From an uncultured bacterium (GTDB lineage: Bacteria; Acidobacteriota; Thermoanaerobaculia; Multivoradales; JAHZIX01): a DNA stretch of 32,032 nucleotides. Below the pieces are notes generated by a model that saw only the letters and a list, made by a program, of their open reading frames with translations, made no database searches and had not been told where the DNA came from. The stretch covers positions 1 through 32,032 of the forward strand of contig CBDUPA010000035.1 in NCBI GenBank assembly GCA_965368975.1, in the 5' to 3' direction. Below, piece after piece: positions 7,095 through 18,823 of this stretch. How positions within the stretch are numbered: the first letter of the stretch is position 1; each line of letters opens with the position of its first letter. The translations under genes were made by a program, and so were the position numbers.

Positions 7095-8681
7095 ATGTAT
7101 CGAATCTTAGTAGCGGACCCTTTGAATCCGATTGGTATTTCTCAGCTTGAAGAGAAGGCCCGAGTCCATCAGCTGACACCGGAAGAGCGCCCGCGCTTGT
7201 CCGAGTTGCTGCCTGACTTCGATGCACTCATCGTGCGCAGTGGCACCACGGTAACCGCCGAACTGCTGGCGGCCGGCAAGCGCCTGAAGGTGGTCGGCCG
7301 GGCCGGCATCGGGGTCGACAACGTCGACGTCGCCGCGGCCACCGAGCGTGGCATCCTGGTGGTCAACGCGCCGACTGCCAACGTGCTCTCGGCCACCGAG
7401 CACACGTTCGCTCTGCTGCTCTCGATGGCGCGCCGGGTGCCGCAGGCGGATGCTTCGATGAAGACCGGCACCTGGGACCGCAAGAGCTTCGTCGGTGTCG
7501 AACTGCAGACCAAGACCCTCGGCGTGATCGGCTTCGGCCGCATCGGCCAGCGGGTGGCGGCGCGGGCTCGTGGCTTCGACATGAAGGTGCTGGCGTACGA
7601 TCCTTTCCTCGACGAAGCGGTGGCCCGGCGCGAAGAGGCCGAGCCGTCGACTCTCGAGGATCTGCTGCGCCGCGCTGACTTCATCACCCTGCACACGCCG
7701 CTGACCGAGCAGACGCGAGGCCTGCTCAACGCCGAGCGCCTAGCGCTCCTGAAGCCCTCGGCTATGTTGGTCAACTGCGGTCGGGGCGGGGTGGTCGACG
7801 AGGCCGCCCTGCTCGAAGCACTGCAGCAGGACAAGCTTGCCGGCGCCGCGCTCGACGTGTACGAGCAGGAGCCGCCAGCCAGTTTCGAACTCATGCAGCA
7901 CCCGAAGGTGGTCGCGACGCCGCACATCGGCGCGCAGACACGGGAAGCGCAAGAGCGCATCGCCACCGACACCGCCGCCATGGTGCTCGCCGCTCTGGAT
8001 GGGTCGCTCAACATCACCGCCGTCAACCTGCCGTTCCGCTCCGCAGGCGCCAAGGGACAGCCGTTCCTGCACCTCGGCGAGCGCTTGGGGGTCCTGGCCG
8101 GCTGTCTGCTGGAAGGCTCTTTGCAGCGCGTGCAGGTCGACTACTGGGGAGTCGAACCGGAGGTGCGCAATCCCGCTGCGATCGCGGTGCTCAAGGGGGT
8201 CTTGACGCCGATCGCTGGCGACACCGTCAACTACGTCAACGCTGAGCGCAGCGCCGCCGGCCGTGGCGTCGGCTTCTCGAATACGTTTCATCACCAACCG
8301 TCGCCGCCGTATGCCAACCTGATGCAGGTGACGGTGGAGGGGGCTGGAGGTTCTGTCATTCTGGCGGGCACGGTGTTCCATGACCACGATGCCCGAGTCG
8401 TCAAATTCCGTGGCTTCGCCCTCGAGTTCCGGCCCGAAGGCGTGCTGCTGGTGTTGCGCAACCGTGACGTCCCTGGCGTCATCGGCGACTTCGGCCGATG
8501 TATCGGGGACGCCGGCGTCAACATTGGAGACATCCACCTGGCCCGTGAACCCGACAAGAGCGAGGCGGTATCGGTGCTGCGCATCGACCGAGAACCGTCG
8601 CGGGAACTGCTAGAGGCACTGCGCGCCATGCCCAATATCCTGGACGTGCGTGTCGTCTCGCTACCGCGCCTACCACGGTAG
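7095..8681 (+). CDS. serA: D-3-phosphoglycerate dehydrogenase (long form, ASB + ACT domains)
   Basis: GRAGIGVDNVD, GFGRIG, NCGRGGVVDE, DVYEQEPP, TPHIGAQTREAQ, ACT motif NRDVPGVIG...GVNIG; GGAGGA RBS before ATG 7095. Confidence 0.95.
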   Translation: MYRILVADPLNPIGISQLEEKARVHQLTPEERPRLSELLPDFDALIVRSGTTVTAELLAAGKRLKVVGRAGIGVDNVDVAAATERGILVVNAPTANVLSATEHTFALLLSMARRVPQADASMKTGTWDRKSFVGVELQTKTLGVIGFGRIGQRVAARARGFDMKVLAYDPFLDEAVARREEAEPSTLEDLLRRADFITLHTPLTEQTRGLLNAERLALLKPSAMLVNCGRGGVVDEAALLEALQQDKLAGAALDVYEQEPPASFELMQHPKVVATPHIGAQTREAQERIATDTAAMVLAALDGSLNITAVNLPFRSAGAKGQPFLHLGERLGVLAGCLLEGSLQRVQVDYWGVEPEVRNPAAIAVLKGVLTPIAGDTVNYVNAERSAAGRGVGFSNTFHHQPSPPYANLMQVTVEGAGGSVILAGTVFHDHDARVVKFRGFALEFRPEGVLLVLRNRDVPGVIGDFGRCIGDAGVNIGDIHLAREPDKSEAVSVLRIDREPSRELLEALRAMPNILDVRVVSLPRLPR

Positions 8682-8713
8682 GCGACCTAGCTGGCACGAG
8701 AGGAAGCCCCAAC

Positions 8714-10045
8714 ATGAGTGAGATGTCCGGCCGCCGCCCGAAAGATCCTCCCGGCAAGATGGAGGCCATGAAGATTTGGGGACCGATCGTCCTGATGGTG
8801 CTGCTGGGCTTCCTGCTCGCCTGGGCGTCGCTCGAACCACCACCGCCGTCGACGTTGGTGATCGCTGCCGGCCAGCCGGGCGGCGCCTACGCCGCGACTG
8901 CCGAGCGCTACAAGGAGGAGCTGGCCAAGGAAGGCTTCGAGCTGGAGATTCTGCACACCGCCGGCTCGGTGGAGAATCTGCGTCTGCTGCGTGAGGGCAA
9001 GGCCGACCTCGGCTTGGTCCAGGGGGGGACGGCGTCGCCGCAAGACCGGGCTGAGCTGAAATCCCTGGCCAGCCTTTTCTTCGAGCCGGTGTGGGTCTTC
9101 TATCGCAAAGATCTGGAAGTCGAACAGCTGGCCGATCTGCGGGGGCTCCGCATCGGTGTTGGAGCCGAAGGTAGTGGAACGCGTGCGCTGGCTCTGCAGC
9201 TGCTGGATGCCAACGGCATTCACCCTGGCGAGGACGGTAGCTCGGTTGTCGAGTTGGCGGCTGTCGACTCGACCCAGGCCCTGTTGGAGGGCCGGATCGA
9301 CGCTGCCTTCTTCGTCACCTCGCCCGATGCCGCCTACCTGCTCGACCTGGCGCGCAGCGAACGCTTGGCTCTCCTGTCCTTCCGTCGCCATCTCGCCTAT
9401 CGCAAGGAACACCGTTTCCTGTCCCGTGTCGTGGTCGGCGAGGGCATCCTCAGTCTGGCCGAGAATCTACCGTCCGAAGATGTCTCCCTGCTGGCCGTCG
9501 CCGCCAGCCTCGGCGCGCGACCGGATGTGCACCCGGAACTCATCCCCCTGCTGCTACGCATCCTCGGCGTGGTCCATGGTGGCGGCGACATCTATGCGCA
9601 GAGCACGGCATTTCCAACCCACCTCTACGCGGATCTGCCTCTCGATTCCAAAGCCCGCCTCCATCTCGTCCACGGGCCACCTCTCCTGCACCGGGTCTTG
9701 CCCTACCGCTGGGCCGCCGAAGTCGACCGCCTGAAGATCCTGCTGCTGCCCTTGCTGACCTTGCTGATTCCGCTCTTCCGTGTCGCCCCACCGCTCTACC
9801 GCTGGCGTATCCGTTCGCGGATCTACAAGTGGTACGAGGACGTCAAAATGGTCGACGAGGTGCTGAAGAACGAGGATGCGAGTGTCGAGGAGCTACAGGC
9901 GGAGATCGACGAGGTCGAGCGGGTGCAGAAAGAGGTGCTCGACATCGTCGTGCCGCTGTCGTACATGGACGAGTTCTACCGGCTACGGACGCATCTGCAG
10001 CTGATGCGCGAGACGCTGGAGCGACGGTTGGCCGAGCGCAGCTAG
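8714..10045 (+). CDS. membrane-anchored TAXI-family solute-binding protein with C-terminal TM and helical tail
   Basis: IAAGQPGGAY, TAGSVENL, LVQGG, LFFEPVWVF, GAEGSGTR; TM ILLLPLLTLLIPLF then YRWRIRSRIYKWY. Confidence 0.85.
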   Translation: MSEMSGRRPKDPPGKMEAMKIWGPIVLMVLLGFLLAWASLEPPPPSTLVIAAGQPGGAYAATAERYKEELAKEGFELEILHTAGSVENLRLLREGKADLGLVQGGTASPQDRAELKSLASLFFEPVWVFYRKDLEVEQLADLRGLRIGVGAEGSGTRALALQLLDANGIHPGEDGSSVVELAAVDSTQALLEGRIDAAFFVTSPDAAYLLDLARSERLALLSFRRHLAYRKEHRFLSRVVVGEGILSLAENLPSEDVSLLAVAASLGARPDVHPELIPLLLRILGVVHGGGDIYAQSTAFPTHLYADLPLDSKARLHLVHGPPLLHRVLPYRWAAEVDRLKILLLPLLTLLIPLFRVAPPLYRWRIRSRIYKWYEDVKMVDEVLKNEDASVEELQAEIDEVERVQKEVLDIVVPLSYMDEFYRLRTHLQLMRETLERRLAERS

Positions 10046-10075
10046 CTGCAGGAGCCTTGCCGTCGATGGCGACGG

Positions 10076-10131
10076 GGTCCCAGCCACTGGATCCCAGCCA
10101 CTAGATCCCAGCCGCCAGATCCCAGCTGCGA
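10076..10131. repeat. 14-bp tandem repeat x4 between convergent genes
   Basis: GGTCCCAGCCACTG GATCCCAGCCACTA GATCCCAGCCGCCA GATCCCAGCTGCGA; preceded by stem CCGTCG-atgg-CGACGG (10060-10075). Confidence 0.9.
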
Positions 10132-10135
10132 GGCC

Positions 10136-13100
10136 TCAGTTGCCGTTGTCCGGCGCCGCGTTCGACGATCTGGACATTGGCAGACTGGGAGCAGAATCGT
10201 CTTCCGGCGCGTCCGGGCCGCCACCACCGCCCGGGACCCACAGGCGGGGTGGAGCGTCCTCGTAGAAGGTGACCAGGTCGACCGCCGCCTGCTCGGTGAG
10301 TGGGTGGTCGTGGAGCGCGTAGCAGCGGTGGCGTAGGGTGAGGTAGCGCTCTCCCCAGGACGGATACGGTTCGGCGGCCAGGAAGGCGTCGAGGCACAGG
10401 CCCTCGAAGTCGACGGCGAAGGCCACTTCGAGGCGGGTGCTGAGTCGCGGATCGTCGAGCATCTGGATGGTGAAGGGCTCGGCGAGGATGTCGTAGAGCT
10501 TCCTGCCTTCGTCCGGAGCCAGGCGCGCGATCTCGGTGGCGAGTTCGAGGGCGCGAGCCATCAGGCGGTAGCTCGGCCAAGGGTTGCTGCGGTAAGCCTC
10601 GAAGGCTCGGATCAGGTAGCGGGCGGCTTCGCTGGGTCGATCTTGCCGCAGATGCCAGCGGGCGAGGGCGGCATCGGCTTCGATCGGCTGGACCAGCCGC
10701 AGATGTTCCGCGAGCTCCACGGTACGCTCGTGCCCCAGTTCGGCCAGGGACTCGGCGGTGAGGGTCAGGTCGATGCGCAGCCCTGGGTCGATGGTCTGGG
10801 CGAGCCAGGCTTGACCGGCCGCGCTCAGGTCGCCGCGAGACCAGGCCATGCGAGCAGTGAAGCGGTGAGCTTGGGCGGGGTCGTGCGGGGCGAGCAGGGG
10901 GGGCGGGATCGGCGTGTCGAAGGCGGCGTAGCGCGCGTTGCGCAGCTCGGAGAGCAGAGCCGGGTCGATGTCGACCGGCGGCGTCGCGGTGCCGAGACGG
11001 ATACTGAGTTCGTGCAAGTCCTGGATCGAAAACAGCCCATAGCGGCCAAGGTTGCGGATGAAGCCAAACTCGATGAGCGGATGGTCGTCAGTGTTGAGAG
11101 CGTCACCGGCTTGCGCCGCCAGGGCTCGTGCCAGGCCTGGTGAACCGACGTAGGCGGAGTAGAACCCGGGCACCCCATGGACGCCCCAGACGTGACTCAT
11201 CGCGCTGCGGTAGGGCTCGGCGGCGAGGCGCTGGTTGAGCACCTCAGGGTCCGGGCGCAGGGGAGCTCCACTAGCCAGGAGTGCCAGATCCAGGCGGCCG
11301 GTTTGCCAGGTTTCGACGCTCGGGAACGTCGATGCCAGAGTGGCGAAAGCGGTACGCACGACCTGGGCGTCGACCTCGTATCCCTGCAGCCATTGCACCA
11401 ACACACCACCCGGTTTCAATCGAGCATGTACGGCTTGGTAGAACTCGCGCGTGAACAGGCTGGAAATGCCCGCTCGATATGGGTTTGACGGCTGCGAGAA
11501 GATGACGTCGTAGCGCTGGTCGGTAGTCAGTAGATACTCGCGGCCGTCGCCCAGGATCATCTCGACCTTGGGGTGCTGCAGGATGTCGTGGTTGACCGGA
11601 GCGCAAGCTTCGGCCACGCGCAGCACTGCCGGCTCCAGTTCGACGACATCGACGCGCTCGGCTTGGGGGACTTGCGCTAACCACCCGGCGGTGGCGCCGG
11701 TACCCAGACCGATGACCAGGATGTTCTTGGGGTCCGTGTGTAGCGCGGCGCCGATCAGGCCGCTCATGACGACAGTCGGGGCGTCCCCGCGCGCGCTGCC
11801 ATCGCCCTTGCCATTGACCGTGAAGGCGTACCCCTCGCTCTTGACCAAGGCGATGCTACTTTCCTGGCCGTCGCTTTCCCAGATGATACTGCGCCGCTTG
11901 CTCTGCATCTGATCGCGCAGAGGGTTGGGACCTTGGTAGTCGAGTTCCATGCGGCCGGCGCCGATACCACCGTGGCGCCAGATGGCGGTCGGGCCCGTCG
12001 GCAGGAGGAGGAGGAGCGCGAGGCCGCCGGTGAACGCGGGTAGGGCCCAATTCCCGGTGTCGCTGCGCCAGCTCTCGGTGCGACGCAAGAAGAGCAGGCT
12101 GAGTCCGGCGAGGAGCAGCAGGAGCACCACGTTGAAGCGCCAGAGGCCGGGAGCGGTCAAGATCGGGACGAGAAAGAAGCCGCCGAGGAGCGAGCCCAGG
12201 ATGGCGCCGCAGGTGTTCCAAGCGTAGGCCAGACCGACCTGCTGTGCTACTTGCCGCCGCCCGCTGCCGAGCAAGGCGACCAGCAAGGGGAATTGATAGC
12301 CGGCAACCAGTGCCGCCGGCAGCACGACAATGGCGGTCACCAGAGTCCAGCCGGCGGCGAGTCCGCCGAAGCCGGTGACGCTCAGCTCCTGCAGGGCCAG
12401 GGCGAACAGGGCCAAGCGGTCGCCGAGAGCCAGTGGCAGTGCGAGAAATGCGGCTTCCAGGCTGCAGGTGAAGGCGAAAGCGGCGAGATTGGGCCGCCGG
12501 TCGCTGCCGCCGAGGGAGTAGAGCCAGCCGCCGATGCCGATGCCGAGAAGAGCGACGGCGAGGATGACGCCGAAGGTGTACGTCGAGCCGCCCAGGATCG
12601 GGCTGAGCATGCGGTACCAGACCAGCTCCATGGCAAGGAACACGAAGCCGACGCCGGCGGCGGCACTGAGCACCAGCCACAGCGGTGCCACGGCTTCGGT
12701 TCGGATGCTCGGTGGTGCGGGCGCCGGCGTGGTCGGCGCCATCGTGGCGCCGTCACGGGTCTCCAGGCGGCGCGCCAAGATGCGCGCCAGCATCGCTAGC
12801 AGCAAGTTGAGCAAGGCGGCGATCCACAGGGTCTTCTGGGTGCCCAGGAACTCGAGTAAGACAAAGGTGGTCAAGGTGGCGCCGACCACGGCGCCGAGGG
12901 TGTTGACGCCGTAGAGCAGGCCGACAGCTCGTCGGCCGCTGTCCTGCAGCAGGGTGACCGAGCGCACCGCCGCCGGCAGGGTGCCACCCATCAGGAACGT
13001 CGGCACGCCCAGAACCAGCGCTGCCCCCAGCAGGCGCAGCAAGGTCCCCGCGACTTCGCCGAGCACCGCGGTGCCACCGAGGGTGATGTAGCCCGCACGC

Positions 13101-13426
13101 ACGGTGGCGATCAACCACGGACTGAGTCCGGCGCTGAGCGCGATCCAGGTTTCCAGCCAGCCGTAGAGGTTGAGCGGATTGGCGCTCTGCTCGGCTCGGC
13201 GCCCGAGCAGCAGGCCACCGAGGCCGAGGCCGCCCATGAAGATCGCCAGCACCACGGCGGAGGCGGCGGTCGAGGCACCGAAAGTGAGGCGCAGCAAGCG
13301 CAACCAGGCGATCTGGTAGACCAGCGCGCACAGTCCGGACGCAAGCAGCAGCAGCGCGACGGTCAACGCCGGTGCTGCGCGCACTCCGGAAGTCGAGACT
13401 GAGGGTGAACGGTCGTCGGTCGTCAT
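10136..13426 (-). CDS. fused MFS-like membrane domain / spermidine synthase-like SAM-binding protein with helical C-terminal extension
   Basis: ASGLCALVYQIAWLRLL, LYGVNTLGAVVG, AYAWNTCGAILG; ILVIGLGTGAT, DVVELEPAV, GDGREYL, YDVIFSQPSNPY, LNTDDHPLIEF. Confidence 0.9.
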   Translation of the reverse strand: MTTDDRSPSVSTSGVRAAPALTVALLLLASGLCALVYQIAWLRLLRLTFGASTAASAVVLAIFMGGLGLGGLLLGRRAEQSANPLNLYGWLETWIALSAGLSPWLIATVRAGYITLGGTAVLGEVAGTLLRLLGAALVLGVPTFLMGGTLPAAVRSVTLLQDSGRRAVGLLYGVNTLGAVVGATLTTFVLLEFLGTQKTLWIAALLNLLLAMLARILARRLETRDGATMAPTTPAPAPPSIRTEAVAPLWLVLSAAAGVGFVFLAMELVWYRMLSPILGGSTYTFGVILAVALLGIGIGGWLYSLGGSDRRPNLAAFAFTCSLEAAFLALPLALGDRLALFALALQELSVTGFGGLAAGWTLVTAIVVLPAALVAGYQFPLLVALLGSGRRQVAQQVGLAYAWNTCGAILGSLLGGFFLVPILTAPGLWRFNVVLLLLLAGLSLLFLRRTESWRSDTGNWALPAFTGGLALLLLLPTGPTAIWRHGGIGAGRMELDYQGPNPLRDQMQSKRRSIIWESDGQESSIALVKSEGYAFTVNGKGDGSARGDAPTVVMSGLIGAALHTDPKNILVIGLGTGATAGWLAQVPQAERVDVVELEPAVLRVAEACAPVNHDILQHPKVEMILGDGREYLLTTDQRYDVIFSQPSNPYRAGISSLFTREFYQAVHARLKPGGVLVQWLQGYEVDAQVVRTAFATLASTFPSVETWQTGRLDLALLASGAPLRPDPEVLNQRLAAEPYRSAMSHVWGVHGVPGFYSAYVGSPGLARALAAQAGDALNTDDHPLIEFGFIRNLGRYGLFSIQDLHELSIRLGTATPPVDIDPALLSELRNARYAAFDTPIPPPLLAPHDPAQAHRFTARMAWSRGDLSAAGQAWLAQTIDPGLRIDLTLTAESLAELGHERTVELAEHLRLVQPIEADAALARWHLRQDRPSEAARYLIRAFEAYRSNPWPSYRLMARALELATEIARLAPDEGRKLYDILAEPFTIQMLDDPRLSTRLEVAFAVDFEGLCLDAFLAAEPYPSWGERYLTLRHRCYALHDHPLTEQAAVDLVTFYEDAPPRLWVPGGGGGPDAPEDDSAPSLPMSRSSNAAPDNGN

Positions 13427-13486
13427 GGCAGTGAAGGGCGGTGCGAGTATACCGCTAAAGGCAGATGCGTCAGCGCCGGTCGAGAA

Positions 13487-15946
<2,460 letters not shown>

Positions 15947-16053
15947 CTTTCACTCTCTCTCGGGATCTGGGTTCACTTCAGATGGTGGGCCGCCGAGGGG
16001 CGTTGAGTCAATGGTCCGGCGGTGGCAGGCAACTATAAAGCATGCGCGCGCAG

Positions 16054-16091
16054 AAACGAAAACGGCCGCCGAGCTTGAAGCCCAGCGGCCG
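16054..16091 (-). terminator. intrinsic terminator of 16121..17173
   Basis: Minus strand CGGCCGCTGGGC-ttcaa-GCTCGGCGGCCG (with G-U pairs) followed by TTTTCGTTT. Confidence 0.8.
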
Positions 16092-16120
16092 AAGTACGGA
16101 CTTGTTCCGTCAGCGACGGG

Positions 16121-17173
16121 TCAAGGACACGTGGAGAAGGCGGCGGTGTCCTGAATCGGCTGGAACGCGGTGTTCAGCGGATTGGTGTAGCTGCGGACCT
16201 GGCCGGTCTGGGTGTCGGTCACGACCATCTCGACTTCGACGTTGGTCAGGCCGCCAGCGAAGACCCAGAAGCGGTTGGTGGCGCCGCCGCAGTTGCTCAG
16301 CACCTTGACCACCATTTCGACGTTGGCGTCGTTGAAGAACCAGAAGTAGCCGGTGTCCGAGGTCAGCTCGACCGCTTGACCCTGGCCGGTGGTGCCGTTG
16401 ACACGTTCCCAATCGACTTGCACCTGGAAGCGATCGTTGTTCAGGCACAGTGTTTGGCCGTCCGGCACGCAGGGGCCGGTCGTAGCGCTGTCGTTGAACA
16501 CGCCACGCACCATCAGAGCGGTGTAGTCCGGGTCGAAGTTGGTGATGTCTTCCCAGGCACCGTCGAGGTCCAGCTGGTCGTAGCCCGGTTGCACGGTGGA
16601 GCGGTCGTAGTCCGAGCAGAGGAAGAAGTCCGGGTTGTCCACGGGTTCCCAGCCGGCGCCGATGTAGACGGTCTGGTTGGGTAGGGTAATCCCGAGGGCG
16701 GTCAGGTCATAGGTGTAGTAGGTGCCCGCAAGGTCGGTCGTCACGCCAGTGGCGCTCGCACGCACCAAGTCGATCAGCGTCCCGGGGGTGCCACCCGTGC
16801 CGTCCGCGGTCCAGAAGGTGATGTCGAACTCGAGATCGGGATCACCGTTGTCCAGACGCGAGAAGCAGAGCGTGATCTCGTCGACGCTCACCGGAGCGGT
16901 GCCCAGGTCGAAGCGCATGACGGCGTCGTAGAAGTTGGAGTTGGCACCGTAGCCGTTGTCTGCCTCGCCGTCGTCGTATTGGACGCTGAACTGGGCCTTG
17001 TCCACACGCTGGATGCTGGACGGCTGCAGGCGCCCCGTTTCGGTGCGGGCACTACTGTCGGCCGTGCCGGAGTAGGGGTCGATACCTTCGCGCGCGGCGC
17101 GCTGTGCGAAAGCAGGGGTGGTGGCGAGCAGCAGGGCGAGGGCCACCAGGGCGAGTCGGAAGGTTAGCTTCAT
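16121..17173 (-). CDS. secreted hypothetical protein with Cys-bracketed C-terminal domain
   Basis: Signal peptide ending AFA-Q; acidic beta-rich domain starting YDDGEADNG; tail CVPDGQTLCLNNDRF...GYFWFF...EMVVKVL...FWVFAGGLTNV...DTAAFSTCP; RBS AAGGAGA. Confidence 0.88.
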   Translation of the reverse strand: MKLTFRLALVALALLLATTPAFAQRAAREGIDPYSGTADSSARTETGRLQPSSIQRVDKAQFSVQYDDGEADNGYGANSNFYDAVMRFDLGTAPVSVDEITLCFSRLDNGDPDLEFDITFWTADGTGGTPGTLIDLVRASATGVTTDLAGTYYTYDLTALGITLPNQTVYIGAGWEPVDNPDFFLCSDYDRSTVQPGYDQLDLDGAWEDITNFDPDYTALMVRGVFNDSATTGPCVPDGQTLCLNNDRFQVQVDWERVNGTTGQGQAVELTSDTGYFWFFNDANVEMVVKVLSNCGGATNRFWVFAGGLTNVEVEMVVTDTQTGQVRSYTNPLNTAFQPIQDTAAFSTCP

Positions 17174-17261
17174 GATTTGATGTCTCCTTGATTCGATGGT
17201 TCGTCACCGGTGGACCGTCGAGAGTATTTCAGGGTCGAAGTTCGATCTCAGTGGGTTCCGC

Positions 17262-17453
17262 TCAATGGGTTCCGGAGGTGAGCATGGGCCACACCCAGAA
17301 CCACAGGGCGGCGAAGAGGGCACTCATGACCAGGAAGGTGCTCAACGCAGCGACCACGGCGAAGCGTCGGCTTCGAAGTTCTATGCCGATCCAGAAAGCC
17401 CCACCAGTGGCCAGCACGGTGAAGACGACGAACAGAATCAACGGCAAGATCAT
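17262..17453 (-). CDS. small two-TM membrane protein (63 aa)
   Basis: Two clean hydrophobic helices separated by basic ELRSRR loop. Confidence 0.65.
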   Translation of the reverse strand: MILPLILFVVFTVLATGGAFWIGIELRSRRFAVVAALSTFLVMSALFAALWFWVWPMLTSGTH

Positions 17454-17526
17454 GGTGCAGGTTCCCCAGGCGAGTGAGTGTCGGCGGCATCTTTATGTCA
17501 TATTACCATACATGGACGATGTTAGC

Positions 17527-18060
17527 ATGCAGCCCATGCCACATTCTACCCTGGGGGCCGAGCGGATCATCGAGTTGTTGGGGTTGCAGCCTCATGAAGC
17601 GGAAGGCGGTTTCTTCCGCGAGACCTGGCGCTGCGCTGAGCAACTCGACGGTCCCGCGCTGGCCGGGCGTTATGAAGGGCCGCGTAGCGTCGGTACCGCC
17701 ATCTACTATATGTTGACGTCGGACACCGTCTCGGCCCTGCACCGGCTGCAGTCCGACGAAGTGTGGCATTTTTACTTGGGCGACCCCCTGGAACAGCTGC
17801 TTCTCTATCCTGACGGTAGCGGTCGCCTGGTGACCCTCGGCACCGACCTGCCACGGGGTCACCAGCTGCAGGCGGTGGTGCCGCACGGCGTCTGGCAGGG
17901 CACACGGCTGCTGCCTGGTGGTCGTCACGGCTACGCGCTCGTGGGCGCCACTTTGGCGCCAGGTTTCGACTTCGCAGACTTCGAGCTCGGTGACCGCGCG
18001 GCTCTGGGTGCCGCCTATCCGGATTTCGCGGATCGCATCGAAGCGTTGCTGCCGGAGTAA
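17527..18060 (+). CDS. cupin domain protein (DUF985/Cupin_5)
   Basis: LGLQPHEAEGGFFRETW, TAIYYML, SALHRLQSDEVWHFYLGDP, VVPHGVWQG, APGFDFADFEL; start 17527 or 17536. Confidence 0.92.
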   Translation: MQPMPHSTLGAERIIELLGLQPHEAEGGFFRETWRCAEQLDGPALAGRYEGPRSVGTAIYYMLTSDTVSALHRLQSDEVWHFYLGDPLEQLLLYPDGSGRLVTLGTDLPRGHQLQAVVPHGVWQGTRLLPGGRHGYALVGATLAPGFDFADFELGDRAALGAAYPDFADRIEALLPE

Positions 18061-18101
18061 GCCCCGCTACCCTGCTACGTGGTTTCGGGACGTTGCTGGT
18101 C

Positions 18102-18129
18102 TTGACAGCCAGGCGCGAATCGCTATCAT
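18102..18129 (+). promoter_or_regulatory. sigma70 promoter of the TetR-efflux operon
   Basis: TTGACA 18102-18107, 16 nt, TATCAT 18124-18129. Confidence 0.75.
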
Positions 18130-18159
18130 TCGAACGTTGGTTTGAAACGACTGTTTGAA
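18129..18159. promoter_or_regulatory. two overlapping PsrA-type operator palindromes
   Basis: TTCGAAC-gttg-GTTTGAA (18129-18146) and TTGAAAC-gact-GTTTGAA (18142-18159), each one mismatch from TTCAAAC-N4-GTTTGAA. Confidence 0.75.
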
Positions 18160-18178
18160 TCGATGGGACGCATCGCGC

Positions 18179-18823
18179 ATGACAGACCCAAGCTCTAGCA
18201 CCCGTGACACCTTGCTCGATGCCGCCGAGGTCCTGTTCGCCGAACAGGGCATCAGCGGCGCTTCGCTGCGCGCCATCACCAAGAAGGCGGACGCCAACCT
18301 GGCCGCGGTGCACTACCACTTCGGGTCCAAGGACGCTCTGGTGCGCGCTGTCTTCGCGCGCCGCTTGGAGCCGGTGAATCATGAGCGTCTGCGCCTGCTG
18401 GACGCCCTGGAGCAGGAGCGGCAGGCTCCGTCCGTCGAGGCGATTCTGCACGCCATGATCTGGCCGGTGATGGCCATGGGCGGGGCGCAGACGAGCGACT
18501 TCAAGCGCTTGATGGGGCGGCTCTATTCCGAGCCCGGGCCCGAGATGCGCAATTTGCTGCGCGAGCAGTTTCGCGGTGTCGTCGACCGTTTCACCGCGGC
18601 GCTGCGCCGGGCATGTCCGACGCTGGGCGACGAGGAGATCTTTCTGCGCTTCCACTTCGTCATCGGTGCCATGGTGCAGCTGGCGCTCAATGCACCGATG
18701 ATCCATGAACACTCCGGTGGCCGGGTCGACCCCGGCGACGCGCGGCGCATGACCGAGCGGCTGGTGGCTTTTGCCGCCGGCGGTTTCAGTGCGCCCGCGG
18801 TCGAGTCCACGGAGGAGACCTGA
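18179..18823 (+). CDS. TetR/AcrR family regulator, PsrA-like
   Basis: LLDAAEVLFAEQG..ASLRAITKKADANLAAVHYHFGSKDAL HTH; C-terminal RFHFVIGAM and LVAFAAGGF resemble PsrA. Confidence 0.92.
   Translation: MTDPSSSTRDTLLDAAEVLFAEQGISGASLRAITKKADANLAAVHYHFGSKDALVRAVFARRLEPVNHERLRLLDALEQERQAPSVEAILHAMIWPVMAMGGAQTSDFKRLMGRLYSEPGPEMRNLLREQFRGVVDRFTAALRRACPTLGDEEIFLRFHFVIGAMVQLALNAPMIHEHSGGRVDPGDARRMTERLVAFAAGGFSAPAVESTEET

Noticed and set aside
15947-16053. T-box or attenuator upstream of leuS
   Set aside because: Leader too short and no T-box motif; the nearby hairpin is explained as the upstream gene's terminator
17248-17490. 80-aa minus ORF also ending SGTH
   Set aside because: The shared ending comes from a 14-bp duplication; the 63-aa two-TM frame is more protein-like
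17188-17526. 113-aa N-terminal extension of the cupin
   Set aside because: Overlaps the small membrane gene on the opposite strand; cupin similarity starts near 17540
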